Positions 58,619-64,000 of a stretch of DNA of 64,000 nt are shown here, in pieces. The DNA is from an uncultured Acidobacteriota bacterium (GTDB lineage: Bacteria > Acidobacteriota > Thermoanaerobaculia > Multivoradales > UBA5704), in contig CAVYRF010000002.1 in the NCBI GenBank assembly GCA_963770895.1, positions 3,328,001-3,392,000 on the forward strand. The letters run 5' to 3'. A program made the position numbers and the translations under genes. Below the pieces are notes generated by a model, which was given only the letters and a program-made list of their open reading frames with translations, did no database searches and was not told the DNA's origin. Numbering within the stretch: the stretch's first letter is position 1; every line of letters begins with the position of its first letter.

Positions 58619-60970
58619 TCAGGGGCCCGGCGGCGGCTCGACGGCGGCCAGCCAGGTGGTGAAAGCGGCGCCGAAGTCCAGGTGGCCAGCTGGCAGCGGC
58701 AGCCATTGGGCGAAGTCGGGGAAGGCGCGCAGGCCGTCGAGGAAGAGCGGCACGCCGGTGGGCTGCCTGCCGGCTTCCGACCCTCCCGCGATGCGGGCCA
58801 GCGCCGCGGTGTCGGGCAGGTCGGGGAAGTACGCGGTCAGATTTGCCACCACCTCGGGCAGCGCCTGCCGGCGGCGGCGCCGAACTAGCTCGAAGGCGGC
58901 CAGGCAGGCGCCGATCGGATCCACCCACTTGATGGACAGCGCCTGATCAAGCCGGGCGTCACTGACGTCAGTTTCGAGGCGTCGCCGGCGGCGGAAGGCG
59001 CGGCTGAGCTGGGCCAGGAAGCGAAGATCCTGCAGGGCGTTTCTGCCGGCAAGCATCTGTTGCATCCCCGTGGGCAGAGAGCCCAGAAGATGTCCCAGCG
59101 GCAGCAGAAACTGGCTGACGCGCGGCACGTGCTCTTCGTCCAGGGTCAAGACGATAAGAGTGCCGCGGTTCGGTATGGCGAAACTCGCGACCGTCGAGGG
59201 CGCCATGTCGTCCACCTGCAGCGAGACCAGCATGCCACCCGATCGCGGAGCGAAGACGGCGTGGCGAATGCCTGGCATCGCCGTGGGCTCCGCCGCGGAC
59301 TGCCAGACCAGTGAGGCTGTCGCGCCGGCGATCTGGGGTGAGGCTTCCGGTGTCGCGGGCACCTTCAGTTCGGTGACGGCCACTTTGAGCGTGGTGGCCG
59401 GCTGCTCGAAGCCCGCCAACACATAGAGGGGAGAGCCGCCCTGTGCAATCTGCGAAAAATTGCCCAGCGGCAAGGTGGCGATCTTGCTGTAGTCGCCCTG
59501 CGAACCGAGAATGCGGCCGCCGCCCAACAGGGTGAGCCACAGATCTAGGTCCGGATCCGCGATCGGGCCGCCGAGCGATTCGGAAAAGTCGAGCCCGTCC
59601 TGCGCCGCAGGCAGCAGGCGCGCGATCGACTGATGAGGGATGCTATCTCCCCACGCCGCAGGGTTCAAGACCGTACGCTCTCCCGGCTGCAGATAGATCT
59701 CCCGGCGCAGCAGGGCCGGCCCGTGCGGGGTGTTAAACGTCACCGCGTAGGTGCCGGGTGTGAGCGCCGCAGTGACGGACCTCTCGAAGAACGACTTGAT
59801 GCCGGTTTCGACGTTGTGCAAGGCGACCTCGCTCCCCTGCGGCACGAGCAGATCCACCTGTGCTGCCAGGCTCTCGCTGCTGGCGCCGCCGATCTCCCCA
59901 TCGCCGTCCCATCCGCCGCCGAGCAGAGGCTTGAATTCGACGGTCGCGTCCTCGAACAGCTCGACGGGCGCCTCGCCGGCCGGCAGCACCTGCGTCGCGG
60001 GCAGGTTGAGGCGCACTGTGTAGAAATCCGGCTCCAAGGCGAGCACCAGCCGCTGCTGGTCGAACGCGTGCGCCGTTTCTGCAGGCGAGGTCGAGCGTTT
60101 CAAAAACAAGGTGCCGGTGAGGCCCGTGTGGGCGGACGCCAGATTGACGGTCAAATTGCACAATGGCACGGGTTTGATCTTGGCGAGAATCGCATCCGCT
60201 TCGCCGTCCTCGCCTGCAACCCAGTGAGTGATGGGTTGCCTTGACGCTAGACGCTCCTTAAGGAATCGGCGCAGGGACTCGTAATTGACCACCATCGCAT
60301 CGGCCATGGGCAGTTGCCAGATCTTGGCTTTACCTGCACCCCTGAGGCCCGCTTCGAGGGTCGAGGCGAAGGGGCCACCCACCAGCGCCGGGGCTCCCCG
60401 TACCGTGGATTGCAGGACGTAGATCGTGGACTCTTCAGAATCTTGCGCATCTTGCTGCAGCTGGAGCCCTACTTGGACGGAGTTCGGCTTGAGGATATTC
60501 CGGCAGGCGTCGATGAAGTGGAAATGATGACCGATGCCCATGTTCGTCTGTAGCCAGCCGACGATCTCGTCAAGCTTGAAGCAGCTGGCGCTCGACACCT
60601 TGCCATTCTTGAAATCGGCAGTGACCAGGACATCCGAGCGGGAGCCCGGTGTGCCCTCAAAGCAAAATCCGTGGCCGCTGAAATAGAAGAACAGCTCTTC
60701 GGTCATGTTGCGTCCTGCGGTCTTCAGGTCTTCCAGAGCCGTGATGAGATCCTCGCGGGAAGCGCCGCGACCGCCGGCAACCTGCGGTTCGGAGCAGAAC
60801 AGAAGCTGCGTCTCAGGGGGGTTCCTTCCCTGATCGGATTGCCACCTCTGTTCCAGCCAGGCGCGGAATCTGTTGGCGGCCGCGAGCGTTCCTGGCAGGA
60901 TATCCGCCAGCCCTCCCTGGTCGATGCGTGGGTACCGTTCGATGGCAATGATGAGGGCGCGGGAAGTCAT
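58619..60970 (-). CDS. Caspase-family (peptidase C14) protein with long C-terminal extension
   Basis: ALIIAIERY; FYFSGHG and IDACRN dyad. Confidence 0.9.
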   Translation of the reverse strand: MTSRALIIAIERYPRIDQGGLADILPGTLAAANRFRAWLEQRWQSDQGRNPPETQLLFCSEPQVAGGRGASREDLITALEDLKTAGRNMTEELFFYFSGHGFCFEGTPGSRSDVLVTADFKNGKVSSASCFKLDEIVGWLQTNMGIGHHFHFIDACRNILKPNSVQVGLQLQQDAQDSEESTIYVLQSTVRGAPALVGGPFASTLEAGLRGAGKAKIWQLPMADAMVVNYESLRRFLKERLASRQPITHWVAGEDGEADAILAKIKPVPLCNLTVNLASAHTGLTGTLFLKRSTSPAETAHAFDQQRLVLALEPDFYTVRLNLPATQVLPAGEAPVELFEDATVEFKPLLGGGWDGDGEIGGASSESLAAQVDLLVPQGSEVALHNVETGIKSFFERSVTAALTPGTYAVTFNTPHGPALLRREIYLQPGERTVLNPAAWGDSIPHQSIARLLPAAQDGLDFSESLGGPIADPDLDLWLTLLGGGRILGSQGDYSKIATLPLGNFSQIAQGGSPLYVLAGFEQPATTLKVAVTELKVPATPEASPQIAGATASLVWQSAAEPTAMPGIRHAVFAPRSGGMLVSLQVDDMAPSTVASFAIPNRGTLIVLTLDEEHVPRVSQFLLPLGHLLGSLPTGMQQMLAGRNALQDLRFLAQLSRAFRRRRRLETDVSDARLDQALSIKWVDPIGACLAAFELVRRRRRQALPEVVANLTAYFPDLPDTAALARIAGGSEAGRQPTGVPLFLDGLRAFPDFAQWLPLPAGHLDFGAAFTTWLAAVEPPPGP

Positions 60971-60994
60971 GATGGTTCTCTGTCAACTCGCCAG

Positions 60995-61957
60995 TCAGGC
61001 TGGCGCGGAGGCGAACGGGCGCAAGGCATCGGCATCGAGCGCCTCGTTGCGGTACATGAAGAAGCCCGCGCGGTGAATGCCTACCGCGCGGCCCGATTCC
61101 AGCGAGAAGATCGGCGATCCCGAGCTGCCCCCCGTGGTCGAACAATCATGAAACAGATCAGGGGCTTGGGTACCGTCTAGCGACTCTCCCAAGGCGGCAC
61201 GTTTGACGCCAAACCTTCCCTGGTAGACGGCCGACAAGAAGAGCGGATTGCGACCTGCATCCGCGGCAGGGTAACCGACCGCGACGACGCGGTGCCCCGC
61301 TTCGACGGCTGCCGGCGCGATGTCGACGACGGGCCGGCCGAGCTTACGTACGGCGAGCAGGACGATGTCGAGATGCGGATGGATCGCGGCCACATCCTCG
61401 ATCTCGACGGTATGCTCAGGTGCGTCAGTCGATTTTTCCTCGCGTTGAAAGAGTACGCGGGCCTGCCCGGGTTCGAGCTTTTCAGCGCCGAAGCTCAGGT
61501 CGTCCAAGACGTGCCGGTTGGTGGCGAGCACTCCGTCCTGCACCAGGAAACCGCTACCGACCTGGTTGCCGTCCGCGCTCTCGATCCGGCCGATGGAGTA
61601 AAGCAGCGGCTGGATTTTCTTGCGGAAGGCGCTCCACAAGTCCTTGAGCTCGGGCGGCTGCAGATTGTGTTCCGGCGTGTCCGGCAGGTCGTCCAGCATG
61701 CCTCCATGGGAGAGCGGTGCCGGACGCAGGACGCGAATGACGATTTCCAGGGCGGCCAACTGGGTGGCGGAAGGCGCTACGCCGTTGCGCAGCTGGTCCC
61801 ATGCGGCCTGCGCGGCCACTTCGCTGGCGGGAATCGTGACCGGTCCGATGATGGCGCGCGTTTTCTTGAGCGCCTGGGAAATCTGGTGCGGTCCCAGCGC
61901 CCGATCGGCGCGGGCGAGAAGAAGCTGCTCCCTGGTGGTGAGCGGCAGGGCGTTCAC
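60995..61957 (-). CDS. Cytoplasmic trypsin-like (V8-like) serine protease
   Basis: GSGFLV, ATNRHV, DIVLL, STTGGSSGSP, GIH; GTG start overlaps the upstream stop. Confidence 0.9.
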   Translation of the reverse strand: MNALPLTTREQLLLARADRALGPHQISQALKKTRAIIGPVTIPASEVAAQAAWDQLRNGVAPSATQLAALEIVIRVLRPAPLSHGGMLDDLPDTPEHNLQPPELKDLWSAFRKKIQPLLYSIGRIESADGNQVGSGFLVQDGVLATNRHVLDDLSFGAEKLEPGQARVLFQREEKSTDAPEHTVEIEDVAAIHPHLDIVLLAVRKLGRPVVDIAPAAVEAGHRVVAVGYPAADAGRNPLFLSAVYQGRFGVKRAALGESLDGTQAPDLFHDCSTTGGSSGSPIFSLESGRAVGIHRAGFFMYRNEALDADALRPFASAPA

Positions 61958-63252
61958 GCCACCAACTCGCGCTCGTAGATGACTCGCCCCTCGGGGTCGA
62001 GGACCTGCTCGGCGAGCCGCGGTCCGTCGAGCGTGAGGATGGCATAACCGTGCGGCAGGAACTTCTCCGCTTCGTCGCCGAGATAGGGGTTGCGGCCTTC
62101 GAGCACGAGCGCGGCCGGGATCGGGTTGCCGTTGCCGTCCAGCTTCGCCGCGGCTCGTCGCCAGTCCGCCGCGGTCTGATCCGGCGCGGCCGGCAGCTCT
62201 TTGGTTGTGGCCCGGCTTTCGGGCATCCCGCCGTGGCCGATGCAGCGCGCCCAGATGCCGGATCGCGGGTCGCATTCCTCGTAGAGGCAGCAGCGATGCT
62301 CGTGTCCCCAATACCAGGCGAAGATGCGCCGGCTGGCGAGGATCTCGGCGAAGCGCGGGTGTTGCCACAGCTTGTCGCCCTGGGCGTCAAACTGCGAGTA
62401 GAGCTGGTGATGGGAGAAGAGCACGACCTTGCGGTTTTCCGCCTGCGCGAGAATCGCTTGCAGCCAGGCCACCTGTTCGTCGTCGATCGCATGATCCAGG
62501 TACGCCACATCGAGCCCCACCAGGGTCCAGTGATCGTTCTGCAGGGCGAAATAGCTCGCATCCTGGTGAAAGGCTGCCAGGGTGTCGTCGAAGTAGGCGT
62601 AGCCGCCGGAGTACATGTCGTGGTTCGAGTTGAGCGCCCGCTGCAGCGCGTCATCGCGGGCCGGCCACAGATCGAGGAAGCGCTCCCGAACCTCCTTCCT
62701 GGTGCCGGCGTAATAGACATCTCCCAGGTGGAGCAGCAGGGCGAACGGATTCTTGTCGTCGCGGATGGCCCGTGCGATCTGCGGCGCGCCGTAGAGTCCC
62801 GTCCCCCAATCGCCGACGACCACGATACGCCCGAAGTTGGGAAAGGCCGCAGGTGCGGACCGGCTCGGCCGCAGCAGAGGGTGCTTGCGCGGGTTCCTGA
62901 TCTTAGCCCAGGCGACCGTCGCCCACCCTGGCCAGTCATGGGTGTCGAACTTTGCCTCCATGCCGCCGCCGGGGAGGGGTTCGAGGCGCAGTTGGGCCGC
63001 CTCGCCGGAAGCGAGGAGGCTCTGCAGGCGCGATGACGGCCCGTGCTGGGCGGTGACCAGAACGGCGTCGCTGCCCGCCCGGCGTTCCGCCTTGCCAAGT
63101 TCGGTCAGGATGGAGCCGAGGGTCGCCATGGCGACGGCGGCTTCGAGGCCGTCGTCGGCCGCTCTTTCGACGACAACCGATTCCGCGCTCGTGAGAGCTT
63201 TTTTCACCTCGCGGAAAGTGACGATGACAGGTGCCGAAGATGAGTCTGACAT
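61954..63252 (-). CDS. Calcineurin-like metallophosphoesterase
   Basis: GDWG, HLGDVYY, NSNHD, SHH, GHEH metal-binding motifs. Confidence 0.92.
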   Translation of the reverse strand: MSDSSSAPVIVTFREVKKALTSAESVVVERAADDGLEAAVAMATLGSILTELGKAERRAGSDAVLVTAQHGPSSRLQSLLASGEAAQLRLEPLPGGGMEAKFDTHDWPGWATVAWAKIRNPRKHPLLRPSRSAPAAFPNFGRIVVVGDWGTGLYGAPQIARAIRDDKNPFALLLHLGDVYYAGTRKEVRERFLDLWPARDDALQRALNSNHDMYSGGYAYFDDTLAAFHQDASYFALQNDHWTLVGLDVAYLDHAIDDEQVAWLQAILAQAENRKVVLFSHHQLYSQFDAQGDKLWQHPRFAEILASRRIFAWYWGHEHRCCLYEECDPRSGIWARCIGHGGMPESRATTKELPAAPDQTAADWRRAAAKLDGNGNPIPAALVLEGRNPYLGDEAEKFLPHGYAILTLDGPRLAEQVLDPEGRVIYERELVA

Positions 63253-63261
63253 CGCAGTACC

Positions 63262-63620
63262 TTAGCGGAGGCTCGCGTTCTGCGCAACGATATTGCCCGA
63301 GACCAATGGATGGCGATGCCCGTTCGCGTGCCCGGACTTCAGCGGGCGAGGGCGGGGTAGCTGTCGAACCAGCGGCGGGGGCGGATGACGATGGCCGGCG
63401 CGAAGCTCCACGCCTGTGCTCAAGGGGCCGTAGGCGGCGGAGAGGATGCCGTCGCTGTGGCCGCCGGCGAAACGCAGGCGGGCTTCGATGTCGGCTTTGC
63501 CCGAGGTGACGGCGAGGTTGTCGATGGCGACGTAGCCGTTGCCGAGCGTCAGCTCGCCGCTCGCGTCGATGGGGTGGAGGTCGAGCAGGGGTCGAGCCAG
63601 GAGAGAGGCGGCCACGAGGC
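63262..63620 (-). pseudogene. Fragment of a beta-rich (AsmA-like?) protein
   Basis: IDASGELTLGNGYVAIDNLAV..IEARLRF; no clear start. Confidence 0.3.
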
Positions 63621-63790
63621 GCCAGCCGGCGGCGCGGCGGATGGGTGCTCAAAGACTGCCGCGACGCCCGGCATGCTGGCGAAGGAAAAAAGAACGGGCG
63701 GCGAAGGCTGGTCGAAGACAGGTCGGGCGCGCAGGGCCATTCTTCTTGGGCATTGGAACTGGATCCCGTGTCCACCAAGGAGAGTGGCCT

Positions 63791-64000
63791 ATGAATACCT
63801 CCCGTCCTCACACGATCGTCGACCCGAGCCCGTCCCAATGCCGGCCCAGGAGAGGTGGTCTCACGGTGGTCACGATTGCCGCGTCCTTGCTTCTGCCGCT
63901 CGCGAGCTGGGCCCGCGCAGACGTGCCGCCCGGACTCGTCTATACCCCGGTTCCGCCGTGCGTTCTGGTCCGCACCGCTGGGTCGCCGGCAGGTAGGATG
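63791..64000 (+). CDS. Start of a secreted protein with a YTPVPPC-type domain (runs off the window)
   Basis: AAGGAGAG RBS; MNTSRP..hydrophobic stretch..GLVYTPVPPCVLVRT; open to the window end. Confidence 0.6.
   Translation, partial: MNTSRPHTIVDPSPSQCRPRRGGLTVVTIAASLLLPLASWARADVPPGLVYTPVPPCVLVRTAGSPAGRM

Overview
High-GC bacterial DNA. The recurring C-terminal 'FWFF..N.E..VKV.D.C..N..FWVF' and 'PCRLVDTR' domains suggest Acidobacteriota/Thermoanaerobaculia (inference). The window is a heavily rearranged accessory island with no housekeeping genes. It opens with nested mobile elements: a group II intron RT split by an IS21, a serine-recombinase remnant and an IS701. Next is a compact, atypical RiPP cluster (about 6.9-12.3 kb): a split LanB-type dehydratase, a double-Gly precursor whose core carries a duplicated N-[T/S]-G-T-G-T-C motif, and a JmjC/cupin oxygenase. 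No LanC, YcaO or transporter lies in the window, and a second, orphan Cys/Ser/Thr-rich precursor sits at 24.6 kb. There are three protease-centred putative conflict/defence modules: DUF4062-CHAT next to a lipase and a HEPN-like gene; kinase/PP2C/FHA/FHA-trypsin/TIR; and metallophosphoesterase/V8-like protease/caspase. Also present are a tyrosine-integrase/RadC/XRE module, a second RmInt1-like intron, an IS256 interrupting a secreted Cys-rich miniprotein gene, an ECF sigma-Ser/Thr kinase pair, several hydrolases and many gene fragments. All calls come from motif recognition by eye; no database searches were run.
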